This document shows positions 11,901-26,209 of a stretch of DNA of 64,000 bases, in pieces. Position numbers and translations under genes: made by a program. The first letter of the stretch is position 1, and every line of letters begins with the position of its first letter. A model generated the notes under the pieces. It made no database searches. It was given only the letters and a program-made list of their open reading frames with translations, and was not told the origin of the DNA. The DNA is from Macrostomum lignano (Eukaryota): contig NIVC01002572.1 in NCBI GenBank assembly GCA_002269645.1, positions 31,846 through 95,845 on the forward strand. Direction: 5' to 3'.

Positions 11901-13252
11901 GGGCTCCTGGACACTTCATCATCTAACCACTTTGTCATCTTGATGAAACAAAGTGACCATGGTTTTTGGATGCTTTGTCATATCAAAAAATTGTTAGTAA
12001 ATCTAGATGATAAAGTGACCAAATTTTGAGACACTTTGTCATTCCAAGATTTAGCAAGGCTATAAATTGTTATTCGATTGTTATTGTTATAAATTGTTAC
12101 TCAATTAATTTAGTCCATAAAATATACTCGTAGGATTAAATACACACTTAGAGATTCAACTTGTTGCTATAATTGGCATCCAATGTATACAATGTATACA
12201 CAGTTTGCATAGGCCTATGCACAACTTTAATGTATGAGTACATACATGTAGATACTAGTGCTCATTGTAATTTTATTTTATGTTCAAACTTGCCAAGCTC
12301 TAATAATTATTTTTGCTTCCTTGCTAAAGCCTACAATTGGCATTGTCACTTCTACAACCCAGGGGAGGCAACAAAGTATGTGGCCATGGATTTTTCCTTG
12401 CTCCACTTGCAGGGACTTAACCAACCCTTCACATGTATACAATCTAAGCTAGAGTGTTTTCACTCCCTAAATATGCTTAAGCTATTAGCTATATATGCAT
12501 TAGTGTCTATAAGTGCAACGTGCCAATTCTCCAACCAACTAACCATAGTGGCAGATCCAAGAAGGGTGCAGGTCGCAGGTGCAAAGATAGTCACTTTACC
12601 CCTCATGACTGAAGTGGCCAGCCTATTCCCACCCAGAGTTTTATTATAAAATAGTGCATGAAATCATATATGAAATGCAAATACATGTAAGAAACAGCTA
12701 GTTTAGGCTCCTATAAGTGAAAATGGCAGACATCTGCATTTTTGCCCAGAGCCAGTTAGCAAAGAACAGCAAACAGCCCAACACTGAAAGCAGATTAAAA
12801 AGATTTTAACTGTCTTCTTTCCAGACAATTTTGAATCTTTTGGCAAAAACGCAATCAAAATAAGTGAAGAATTGCGAGCTTTAAAGCATTATGGACATAC
12901 AAACAAACAAACAAACAAATATTAGATATCTAGATAGATTTAGAAGGAAAGGATCGAATTAATTCTGCAGTAATTTAAATGTATAAGTCTTTATGCTATT
13001 CTCTTTGTGCTTTGTGAACTTTTTGATTTTTGTGCCTACATATAGCTACAAATTACGAGTTGCATGTACAAGTTATATAGTTGCTTATATATATAGCAAA
13101 GTTTTTCATACAAAAAGTGGATGACAAAGTGTCCAGGGAGTAGATGACGAAGTGTTCACATTAATAATGTGAATGACAAAGTGGTAAGATGATGAAGTGT
13201 CCAACAATAAGAGTGGATGACGAAGTAGTAAGATGACAAAGTGTCCAGGAAC
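11901..13252. mobile_element. Non-autonomous TIR element, superfamily unassigned
   Basis: Ends GGGCTCCTGGACACTT... and ...AAGTGTCCAGGAAC (imperfect inverted). Repeated subterminal ACTTTGTCATC/GATGACAAAGTG motifs in inverted orientation at both ends. Flanking 8-bp direct repeat CAGTTGAT (11893-11900, 13253-13260). Confidence 0.75.
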
Positions 13253-13912
13253 CAGTTGATTGCTGCAAATTAGCAGGAGGTACAATATTTGCAGGTGCTT
13301 AAGGTCATTTAGCCATGATTTGTACTGAAAATGACAAAAATCAGGTCAAAATAATTTAATGCGGGAAACTAGGACATTGCCTAAAAATTGAATGGCTGAA
13401 AAAGTGGACCAGTATCAAGTGGTAGGCCTAGTCAAAAATTAGATAACCAACTAGCAACTGAAGTTTTACCAAATAGGGCCACTATATGTCTACTAATGTG
13501 GCTAGAATTATGGCTACTATTGCTTTATAGTAGCTATATTCCATGTTTAGGCCTGAGCAATAGCAATAGGACCTAGTAATACAAAACAAAGCAAAATGAC
13601 ACTGAATTTAAATTTTTATTAAATTTTTTGCTAGTGAATTTTCTAAACTGCCAAAAAATTATTTGTGTATAATAATGCTTGCTAATTTATTTATTTAAAT
13701 GTTATAATTATAAAAGTAAATATTAAATTTAACTATATAAATTAAATATTTAAATAAATTATATTATTTAGGCCTATTAATTTTTATTAATGATAAGCCT
13801 AGGCAATATTCAATTCCAATGGCAATATACCAATTGATATTAATATCAATTAAAGCAAATTTATTTTATTTTAATATACAAAAGATAACACTATTCATTG
13901 TATCATTTACAC

Positions 13913-14899
13913 TTGTCTAAACTATATTACTGTATTTTTCTTTTTGGTACCTGTTAGCACCAGTGTTGGGCAAGTTACTCAAAAAAAGTAACTTGTGTTA
14001 CTGTAACTTGAGTTACCAATTTTTAAAAAGTAACTTACGTTAGCCTAGTAACTTTAGACAAAAACCTGGTAACTTTTAAGTTACTGTCTGTTACTCACTT
14101 CCGTTACCCATGTTATTAACAAAATTTTCTGCTTCTTTCACATTACACATTTTTTCACATTGTTGTTACCGAAATTTGCCATTGGGCATTGGGATTATCC
14201 GATTTACAGACAGAGACAGGAATTGGCGACACGATGTGGGGCACGTAGAAGGACCAATGGGCAATGGCAATCAATAATTAAAATTATAAATGATAAAATA
14301 AACAAATATCAATAATTCAATAAAGTAAAATAAATAGAACTGTATAAAATGGTGTAGTGTACTGCAGTGCCAGTGGAGGGACTTGTGGAGGCTACAGATG
14401 AATTTCTTTCTTTGGTTGTTTGTTTGAATCAAACTTGAATATTTTTAGTAACGAAAATGAAAGGCAAAAATATTTTACCAAAATTAACAAAGTAAAAATG
14501 TTTCAAGTATTTCTTCATTAATTAAGCGCAATACCATATGATACTATTCACTTAATTTTGAATTTAGGAATGAAAAATGCAAAAACATGTGAAAACTGGC
14601 GTACTAGCTAAGCATTTCAGTTTTAAATTTAAATATTGCGATTGTTGCAAAGTAACTGTAACGGACTTTCGAAATTTGAGTAACTTACCATTACTCCGTT
14701 ACTAAAATAAAAAAGTAACTTGCGTAAGGAACGCTTTACGAAAAAGTAACTTGCATTACCATTTGCAAGTTACTCGGTAACAGAAGTGCCCAACACTGGT
14801 TAGCACCTAGTAGCTTATCATTATTAGCCAACTTACCAATTTAGCATACTAGCCACTAACAGATGCCAAAAGAAAAGTACAGTAATATAGTTTAGACAA
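13913..14899. repeat. ~45-bp inverted repeat arms (13913-13957 / 14856-14899) interrupted by a hAT insertion
   Basis: TTGTCTAAACTATATTACTGTATTTTTCTTTTTGGTACCTGTTAG is the near-perfect reverse complement of CTAACAGATGCCAAAAGAAAAGTACAGTAATATAGTTTAGACAA. Confidence 0.8.
13961..14798. mobile_element. Non-autonomous hAT DNA transposon (838 bp)
   Basis: TIR CAGTGTTGGGCA / TGCCCAACACTG. Perfect 8-bp TSD GTTAGCAC (13953-13960, 14799-14806). Multiple subterminal AAGTAACTT/AAGTTAC motifs. Confidence 0.92.
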
Positions 14900-16067
14900 A
14901 TAAAAATAAAAGTAAATATAATAAGATATAAAATCCTAGTATATATTTATAATATGTAATGATTTTATATGTCATCTTTTGTCTTTTACCAAACAAAACA
15001 ACTTTTTCTAATAGATAAGTAGGATGCATCTATTAGAAAATCAGAAAAGGGTGAATTAGACTTATTATTACATTGTTATTCAAAATGAAAGCTACAATAA
15101 TTAAAAAAAAATAAAAATTATGTTTTTTTAATAATAAATAGATGTATGCATTTTGAAAATTAAAATTTTAAGTAAAAACTTGTATATTTAAGCAGTTAAA
15201 ATATGTTTCTTACATTTATATAGACAATAAACTCTTTGTTTGTAACTTTTTTGTTGTTACATTGGTATATTGGTCATTTTTGTTTTTTTGTTTATATATA
15301 ATGTTTCTTTTTAAATAAAAGTAATTTCAAAGTCAAAAGTACATTGTACACTTTCTAAACTGACCTCTGGTCTGGTTGAAATGCATAGAATAGGTAATTG
15401 AAAATTAGTAAATGTCAAAAAATGTAAAACTGTCTGGCACTCACATGCTTTGATATATTTCTTGGCCAAATGTATAGCAAATAAAATGTTTCATTCTGTA
15501 GAACTGATGCACAGTCCTGTTTTTGACATAAAAAGGATACGAAACAAAATACTAATAGTCAAAAAATATGTTTTTTGTAAACTTTTTCATTTTTTTGCAG
15601 TTGCTTTTTGTTGTATTTGTTTTACACCAGCTGTGCAAGGTGCAACTTACCTGTAAAAGAAATGTAATAAAAAAATAATTATGATTTTGGGTAAACAGCA
15701 GGAATAACTATGACTTGAGCTTGATAATATCAGTAAAAATGCTACCCTTAGTTCTAAATTTATGTATATTGTATATCACAAAATTCCAATATTGAACTGG
15801 ATACAATTAAGAGTAAACAGTTTTATTCTTAGTCTTGAAAGCACTGATAAACCTATGTTTTTTTCTATGGTACTAAAAACAAACTGCATATACCATTGTA
15901 TGTATAGTGTTGTAATGTTATAAATTGCTAACTCAACTAAAATAATTGAGAATTTGCATTGCAATTGCATTGACATTTCTGTTATAAAATCATTAGACAG
16001 ATTACTGACACCAACTGGCTGACCTGTTGACTGAACTCACCAATTAATCAGCAATAGTAGAAAAACC

Positions 16068-18754
16068 ATGAGCTGCTACAGCAGGGGCAACAACAATGCT
16101 GCCATGCACGGCGATGAGAAGGAGATCGCATCGAGGACGCTGCAGATTCAGTCCAAACGGTTTTACCTTGACGTCAAGCAGAACCGGCGCGGCCGATTCT
16201 TTAAATTAGCCGAGGTCGGCGCCAGTGGGCAAAAGAGCCGGATTCTGATGGGCATGAGCTCGACTGCCCAGTTCAGGTGACTTGGATTTTATGGACTTGT
16301 TTTATCATTTTCTGAATCTTGTCTGACCTGATTGAGAAAACTGGAAGGCGTTCGGGAGCTCTGATTAGAGGACATGGATTTGGGAGTTCTTATTGGAGGG
16401 CACGGATTCGGGAACTCTGATTGGAGGACACTGATTTGGGGGGCTCTGATTGCAGGGCACGGATTCGGGAGTTCTGATTGGAGGGCACGGATTCGGGGGC
16501 TCTGATTGGAGGGCACGGATTCGGGGGCTCTGATTGGAGGGCACGGATTCGGGGGCTCTCTGATTGGAGGGCACGGATTCGGGGGCTCTCTGATTGGAGG
16601 GCACGAATTCGGGGGCTCTGATTGGAGGGCACGGATTCGGGGGCTCTGATTGGAGGGCACGGATTCGGGGGCTCTGATTGGAGGGCACGGATTCGGGAGT
16701 TCTGATTGGAGGGCACGTCTTCGGGGGCTCTGATTGGAGAGTATGGATTCGGGGGCTCTGATTGGAGGGCACGGATTCGGGGGCTCTCTGATTGGAGAGT
16801 ATGGATTCGGGGGCTCTGATTGGAGGGCACGGATTCGGGGGCTCTGATTGGAGGGCACGGATTCGGGGGCTCTGATTGGAGGGCACGGATTCGGGGGCTC
16901 TGATTGGAGGGCACGGATTCGGGAGTTCTGATTGGAGGGCACGTCTTCGGGGGCTCTGATTGGAGAGTATGGATTCGGGGGCTCTGATTGGAGAGTATGG
17001 ATTCGGGGGCTCTGATTGGAGGGCACGGATTCGGGGGCTCTGATTGGAGGGCACGGATTCGGGGGCTCTGATTGGAGGGCACGGATTCGGGAGTTCTGAT
17101 TGGAGGGCACGTCTTCGGGGGCTCTGATTGGAGAGTATGGATTCGGGGGCTCTGATTGGAGAGTATGGATTCGGGGGCTCTGATTGGAGAGTATGGATTC
17201 GGGGGCTCTGATTGGAGAGTATGGATTCGGGGGCTCTGATTGGAGAGTATGGATTCGGGGGCTCTGATTGGAGAGTATGGATTCGGGGGCTCTGATTGGA
17301 AGGCACGGATTCGGGAACTCTGATTGGAGGGTATGGAAAATTTTTTTACAAAAATCCCCAGACCAGATCGTAAGTGAAACTCCAACAATAATTGTTTGAT
17401 AACGAGGCTATTCCCGCATCCTCCGTTCAGAGACAAGCTCAACCTGCTGGCCAAGCACCTGTCCGCCGCCGACTTCAAAAGCAAATCCGAGACGATGGCC
17501 CACGAGAATCGGCGCTATTTCCTCGACCTGAGGGAGAATCAGCGCGGTCGCTACCTCCGCATTGCCCAGCAGGTGGCGCCTTCCGGTGTCCGCAGCCAGG
17601 TGGTCGTGCCCGAGCAGGGCGTCCGTGAGCTGGCCGACCTCCTGGCCGACCTCATCAACCAGTGCGGCACTGACGATGCCGCTGGTGAGTGTCGCTGAAT
17701 AACCCGGCTGGTTGTCTCTCTGTTTTTCAGGGAGGGTCAAGGGAGTCAGTTGACCTCCTCCGCGAACGTCAGTGTTTGTCTTGGTACTTGTGTGGCTTTT
17801 TGTTCAAGTGTGGCCAAATGTACAATTCTTTATCGCCAGTCCTCAAATTTGCGTATCAGAGAGGTCAAAGGGCTCAGTTGGCTGACGCCTTGTTAACAAT
17901 ACTTAGATCTGATTTTGTCTCCATTTTTTGTTTTTTCTCCCCTTCATTCTTTCATCCGGAATTATCCCCTCCAATTTCTCTTATTAATCCCATTTTGCCG
18001 CTTTTCTACAATTCTACTCCTTTTGTTGCTGCGGCCATGCACCCTCTCTCCCTTTCTCCCCTCAATCCCCTACACTCTCTCCTTGCTCCTCTCAATCCCC
18101 TACACTTTCTCCTTGCTCCTCTCAATCCCCTACACCCTCTCCTTGCTCCCCTCAATCCCCTACACTCTCTCCTTGCTCCTCTCAATCCCCTACACTTTCT
18201 CCTTGCTCCCCTCACTCCCTTACACCCTCTCCTTGCTCCCCTCACTCCCTTACACCCTCTCCTTGCTCCCCTCAATCCCCTGCAGCCTCTCCCCTTGCTC
18301 CTCTCAATCCCCTGCAGCCTCTCCCCTTGCTCCCCTCAATCTCCTGCAGCCTCTCCTCTCTGTTACTTCTACCTTCCTTATTACTTAATTCCCCGCTCAT
18401 TACCCATGCCATGCCCCCGCCCCGGCAGAGGGCGTCGCCAAGCTGCCCGAGGCGAAGGCCCTCCGCGCGGAGAACAAGATGTTTTACTTCGATGTCGGTT
18501 ACAACCGGCGTGGCACCTTTCTGCGCATGTCGGAGGTTCGCCAGAATTTCCGCACCGCCGTCACGCTGCCGGAGAAGTCGTGGCAGCAGTTGCGCGACAT
18601 CCTGACGGAGTACATCGACCAGGTGGCTGGCAACGGCGGCGGCACCGCCACGGTTGACGCTGTCGCGGTGGCCGACGCCGAGGAAGAGGATGACGAACAA
18701 GTCAGTGGCGGCGGCAGCAGCGAGGATGAGTCCTCATCCGATCAGGACAACTGA
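16068..18754 (+). CDS. PURA: Pur-alpha (purine-rich element binding protein), 3 coding exons, 262 aa
   Basis: Exons 16068-16276, 17431-17684 and 18429-18754 join in frame (phases 2 and 1). Three PUR repeats: [30 protein letters not shown]; [22 protein letters not shown]; [27 protein letters not shown]. Acidic C-terminal tail. Confidence 0.95.
16345..17330. repeat. 28-bp minisatellite TCTGATTGGAGGGCACGGATTCGGGGGC, ~35 copies, Pur-alpha intron 1
   Basis: Tandem units. Explains the three minus-strand '[13 protein letters not shown]' ORFs. Confidence 0.95.
18052..18350. repeat. 30-bp pyrimidine-rich minisatellite CTCAATCCCCTACACTCTCTCCTTGCTCCT, Pur-alpha intron 2
   Basis: About 10 tandem units upstream of the 18429 acceptor. 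Confidence 0.9.
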
Positions 18755-18909
18755 ACCGGCACGATGATGATGCCGTCTTTAGTGTTCTCTTTACAGCTGT
18801 TTTTGTTTTACTAGTACAATTGCGACCTCCCCTCCCCCGCTCCTTGTTCTGTGAGCCTGATCTTCACATCAATACCATGTTCTTTGCAGTCAATCCATTC
18901 GCGTTTACA

Positions 18910-19165
18910 GTCAGCACAATGATCTTCACATCCAGCACAATGATCTTCACATTCAGCACAATGATCTTCACATCCAGCACAATGATCTTCATATTCAGCA
19001 CAATGATCTTCACATTCAGCACAATGATCTTCACATTCAGCACAATGATCTTCACATTCAGCACAATGATCTTCACATTCAGCACAATGATCTTCACATT
19101 CAGCACAATGATCTTCACATTCAGCACAATGATCTTCACATTCAGCACAATGATCTTCACATTCA
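18910..19165. repeat. 21-bp minisatellite ATGATCTTCACATTCAGCACA, ~12 copies, in the probable Pur-alpha 3' UTR
   Basis: Tandem units between the stop codon (18754) and AATAAA (19230). Confidence 0.93.
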
Positions 19166-19229
19166 TGATTCAGCTCCGCCTGCATGATTCATGATTCAGC
19201 TCAGCTCAGCTCTGCAATGACTTTGCTTG

Positions 19230-19235
19230 AATAAA
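19230..19235 (+). terminator. Candidate polyadenylation signal for Pur-alpha
   Basis: First AATAAA downstream of the stop codon, followed by T-rich sequence. Confidence 0.45.
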
Positions 19236-20066
19236 CTTTAAAAAAGTATTCTTTCTTGTTACTAGTAGTAGCTAATAACAACAAGCGTATTAGCTTTGAC
19301 TGGTGTTTGTCCTAAAATTGTTTCAGCAGTATCATCATCCACTGTAGTGTAATTCTCAGGATATTAAATAGCATGTGTTGCACGCACAATATGCATCCTC
19401 AAGGCAGCAACTAGAAAGATTTCAACAAAAATGGCAACTTTCCGCCCAAATTCTTTAGTTTTTTATTACGTTTTTTTTCTATCCAGATCATTATATAATT
19501 AGCACTGTGTGTGTGCAGTCCGATTGCATGAGCGATTTATTTTGTGCTTTTGAATCAATTTCTTTGTATCGTGTTGTACTTTATTGAGTTGAAAATTCAG
19601 CACGCACTGTATTAAGGGCCTATGTGTTTAATGTCTGCATTAATCAGCGCGGTATCTGAGCTAGTCAGTTTTATTCACTCTTAAATTATTTCATTTTTCC
19701 AATTACTTTTATTGCGTTTGTTTTGCTCGTTATCGCTTGTCGTGTCGGGACAAATCGGATTTAGTATTCGCATTTGATTTTTTATTTCTTTTTTTGTCAA
19801 GCATGCACTATGAAATTATACCTTTCAGTTAATTTTTTACTGCACCTATGGTGCATCAGATTTTTTAATCAATAAATTGACAATATTAAAGCTACAAATT
19901 TAAGGCACTAGAAAAAATATTTGCTTTCTGTTAATATCAAATATCGTTGCACTCCTGAAATTCAAGCTAATATGAGTAGAAGAGTTGTTTTTTTCTTTTC
20001 AAAGGTTTATTATCCTTGCTTGCTCATCATAAAATATATTCGTTAAGCTATCAGATTTATGAGCAT

Positions 20067-22859
<2,793 letters not shown>

Positions 22860-23564
22860 ACAAGCTGTTGAAACCCGCGGATTTTGAACCCGGGGAATTC
22901 TAATCTCCGGAACTACTTTTGCATGTATTCTGAAATCTAAGGCCATACACAAACAAATTAATAGTAGGGTAGAGGTAGACGTAAAATGGAGCACATTCGT
23001 GTAAAATTAGGGTTTGAGGCAAACGTTGATATTGTTGGCTGGGGTACTGCGCAGAATGTCAGGCAATGTCTGTCTGACTCTAAAACATATATTGCTAAAC
23101 TCTGGTCTCTCCCTGACTCTCCCTATGTCCCTTGGATCCTTTAAAATTTCTATCGTCTCTTTGTTTCCTTTCTTCTCTCTCATCCCTCGTCTCTCCTCTC
23201 TCTTCTCTCCTCTCTCCTCTCTTCTCTTGTATCTTCCCTCATCTCTCTTCTGTTTCATCTCTCTTCCCTATTCTTTTCTCTCTCCTCTCCTCTCTCCTTT
23301 CTACTTTTCGTTTTCTCTCTGCTCTTCTCTCTCCTCTCTACTCTTTCGTTTTCTCCCTCCTCTCCTCTCTCCTCTCTCCCCTGTTCTCTCGTCTCTTCCC
23401 TCACATCTTTCCTCTCTCTCTTTCCACTCATCTCTTTTCTTGTTTTATATCTTCTCTCTCCCCTCGTCGCCCGTCTCTTCCCTCACCTCTCTTCTCTCTC
23501 ATCTGCTCTTTCATCTCTCCTTTCTCTTCTTTTATCTTTTCTCTTCTCGTTTCTATCTGCTCTG

Positions 23565-23623
<59 letters not shown>

Positions 23624-25816
23624 CTCTTCATTCTCCTATTTCCTCTTCTCTCTCCCTGTCTCTCCTCTCTCCTCTAGTCTCTGTAATCTCTTCTCTCCCA
23701 TCTTTCTTCTCCTCTCTACTCTCTCCCTCCATTCTCCTCTTTTCTCTCCTCTCGCCTCACTCACTTCTCTCTCCCTTTGTCTCTCCTCTCGTCTCTGTAA
23801 TCTCTTCTCTCTTATCTCTCTTCTGTTCTCTCTATTCTCCCATCTCTCGTCTGTTCATTTTCGTCTCTGCTCTCAGCTCATCCCCCCTCTTTCATCTGTC
23901 ATCTTTACTGTCTTAATGTTCTCTCATTTTGTCCTCTGTACTCTTTTCTTTCACCTCTTTTGTCTCCTCACTTTCCTTTCTCCTTTCTTCTCTTCTCTTC
24001 TCTTCCCTCTTCTATATACTCTCTCCATCTCTTGTCTCGTCTCTTCTCTCTCCACTCTCCTCCTTTATCTCTCATCTCTCATTTCTCATCTCTCCTTACA
24101 CCTCTCTCATCTGTACAACTTTATCTCTTCTCTCTTCCATTCTCTCTCTTATCTCTCCTTTCTCCTCTTTACTAACTCCTCTCTACTCGCTCCTCTACAC
24201 TCTCCTCTCCACTCGCTACTCTACTGTCTACTCTCTCCTATCTACTCGCTCCTCTACTCGCTCCTCTACTCTCTCCTCTCTACTCGCTCCTCTCTACTCT
24301 TTCCTCTCCACTCGCTACTCTACTCTTTCCTCTCCACTCGCTACTCTACTCTTTCCTCTCCACTCGCTACTCTACTCTCTACTCTCTCCTCTCTACTCGC
24401 TCCTCTCTACTCTTTCCTCTCTACTCGCTCCTCTACTCTCTCCTCTCTACTCGCTCCTCTACTCTCTCCTCTCTACTCTCTCCTCTCATCGTCCTCGCTC
24501 CCTCATCTCTTCTATTATCTTTTATCTTTTCTCTTATTCCCTCTCTCACCTCTCCTCTCTTTTCGAATAGTCTATTCCTTCTTCTCCCCACTCTCAACTG
24601 CCCTCAGCCATAAGCTGGATTCTTTTCTGGACTTAGAGGTAAAAGTCTGCCCATTCCTGCTTGGAAAGCCAGTTTGTGGGACGTAGTACTCTCATGGCTG
24701 TTCTCATGCTTTGATCATGTCATCTTTCTTGCCAATTTGCAAGCCCTGAAAAGAATTTTTGTATCTTCAGCTCCACTGCAGTCTGCATCAGTCTAACAAC
24801 CAAGGAAATACGCATTTCTTAGGAGGCCATTTAAAATTTACACAGTACCTTTAAAAGAAACCTAAAATTTCCATGGTGTGCCTAATTTAGTAGGGTTATA
24901 TTGCATTGCATCGCATCGCCTTTTCATAAATCTTTCGCTTTTACAAACCATGCTGGATTCCCTCGATTTGCCAATTGCCATCCAGTGTTAAACTGCTGCA
25001 GAGTTTGCCAATACAGAGGGGAGGGCAGTGGTTAGAATTTCTCACTAAACTGTTATGGCTAAACGTAGCCTCTCCACTCTCGGGGTGCAGAGAAGGTTAT
25101 AAATAAAGCTATTCCAAAACACTGTACATTCGCTATGTACATTGAGCCCTATCGCCTCACCCTTCGTCTGGACTGCGGGAATGAGTGAGTTGAGCGCCAC
25201 AAACAACAGAAAAAGCAGACAAACTTCACATGCTTACAGTTTCTTTTTCGGTTGAGTTACAGAGTTGAAACTTTACATTTAGACAGAGAATGAGTCAATA
25301 AAGAATTGTGTCAAGTTTGAAGTCAATCGCTTTACGTGGAGCAAACTTATGGCAGCTGAAAGTTAGTCAATTTTGAAACCCTTTTACACATCAGGGTCCA
25401 GATCGGGAAAGAGAGGCAGGCGGGCGGAGGTTGGGGTGGTTGCTACGCTGAAAAAAACAGCCTAACTTTAAAAGTGCACAGCACCGCTCAGGATTAACTT
25501 TGAGATTTGAAATTTTACACGATTGTGTCAAAATAGTTGAAAATTGTCTGTGTCAAATTTGAAGAGAATCGGTAGAAGTGGAGCGGCGCTATGGAGGATT
25601 TAGTGAAAAAATCGCGCATTTTGAGCAGTTTTTTGCACTTTTAGGTAGGAAGACTTGAGTCTAGGAAATTAAAAGGTAGCCTAAGACATTCTCCGTAGTA
25701 AGTTTAGGGTGGGTGTAAAGTTTGGTGTAATTTGGTTGAGCGGTTTGGGAGTCCATAGCGATCAAAATTGTCCACACACACACACACACACAGAGTTTTG
25801 ATTTTTATAGGTAGAG
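22860..25816 (+). mobile_element. Non-autonomous Helitron-like element (Lep1-like), copy 2, head-to-tail with copy 1
   Basis: Starts immediately after copy 1 (junction GGTAGAG|ACAAGCTG). Ends are highly similar to copy 1; the CT-rich interiors have diverged. Confidence 0.7.
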
Positions 25817-25883
25817 ATGTTTAAAGCAAAGTCAATCTCAAAGCTCTACGAGATGGACTCTCAAAGTAAACGACTGATACGAG
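25817..25883 (+). CDS. Candidate first coding exon of the PHTF-like gene (MFKAKSISKLYEMDSQSKRLIR)
   Basis: Open frame from ATG 25817 (or 25853) to a GT at 25884. Phase 1 matches the acceptor at 29077. The donor GTACAT is weak and there is no homology support. Confidence 0.3.
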
Positions 25884-25949
25884 GTACATGTAATCGTATG
25901 GGACACACCTAAAGGGCTTCAAAATCTAGAGCTCTGTGCTGGAGTTATT

Positions 25950-26209
25950 GGGCCTTTTCATATTGCTTGTTCTGGTTCCAGAACCAGAACGAATTTGTGA
26001 GGTATAACTTTTTGTCTCCATAACTAGAGGGAGATACGTGCTATAAAGTTTTTATTATTGAATGACAATCGCCAAAAAGAAAGTGAAAAATCGTGCAAAG
26101 TGAGGCTGTTAAGGCAGTCAAATATTAACAGAGTTTAATAGTTATACTGCTGTTTTTCTTGGAATTCCGAACCGATTCTGGTTCTGGAATTGGTAATATG
26201 AAAAGGCCC
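25950..26209. mobile_element. PIF/Harbinger-type MITE (260 bp)
   Basis: Perfect 15-bp TIR GGGCCTTTTCATATT with further imperfect inverted similarity (TTCCAGAACCAGAA). 3-bp TSD ATT on both sides. Confidence 0.8.

Noticed and set aside
16289-17484. Long Pro-rich ORFs on the minus strand
   Set aside because: Translations of the 28-bp intronic repeat, open in all three frames.
18811-19194. Cys/His-rich 'CAECEDH' repeat ORF resembling a metal-binding protein
   Set aside because: Antisense reading of the 21-bp repeat in the Pur-alpha 3' region; multiple frames are open.
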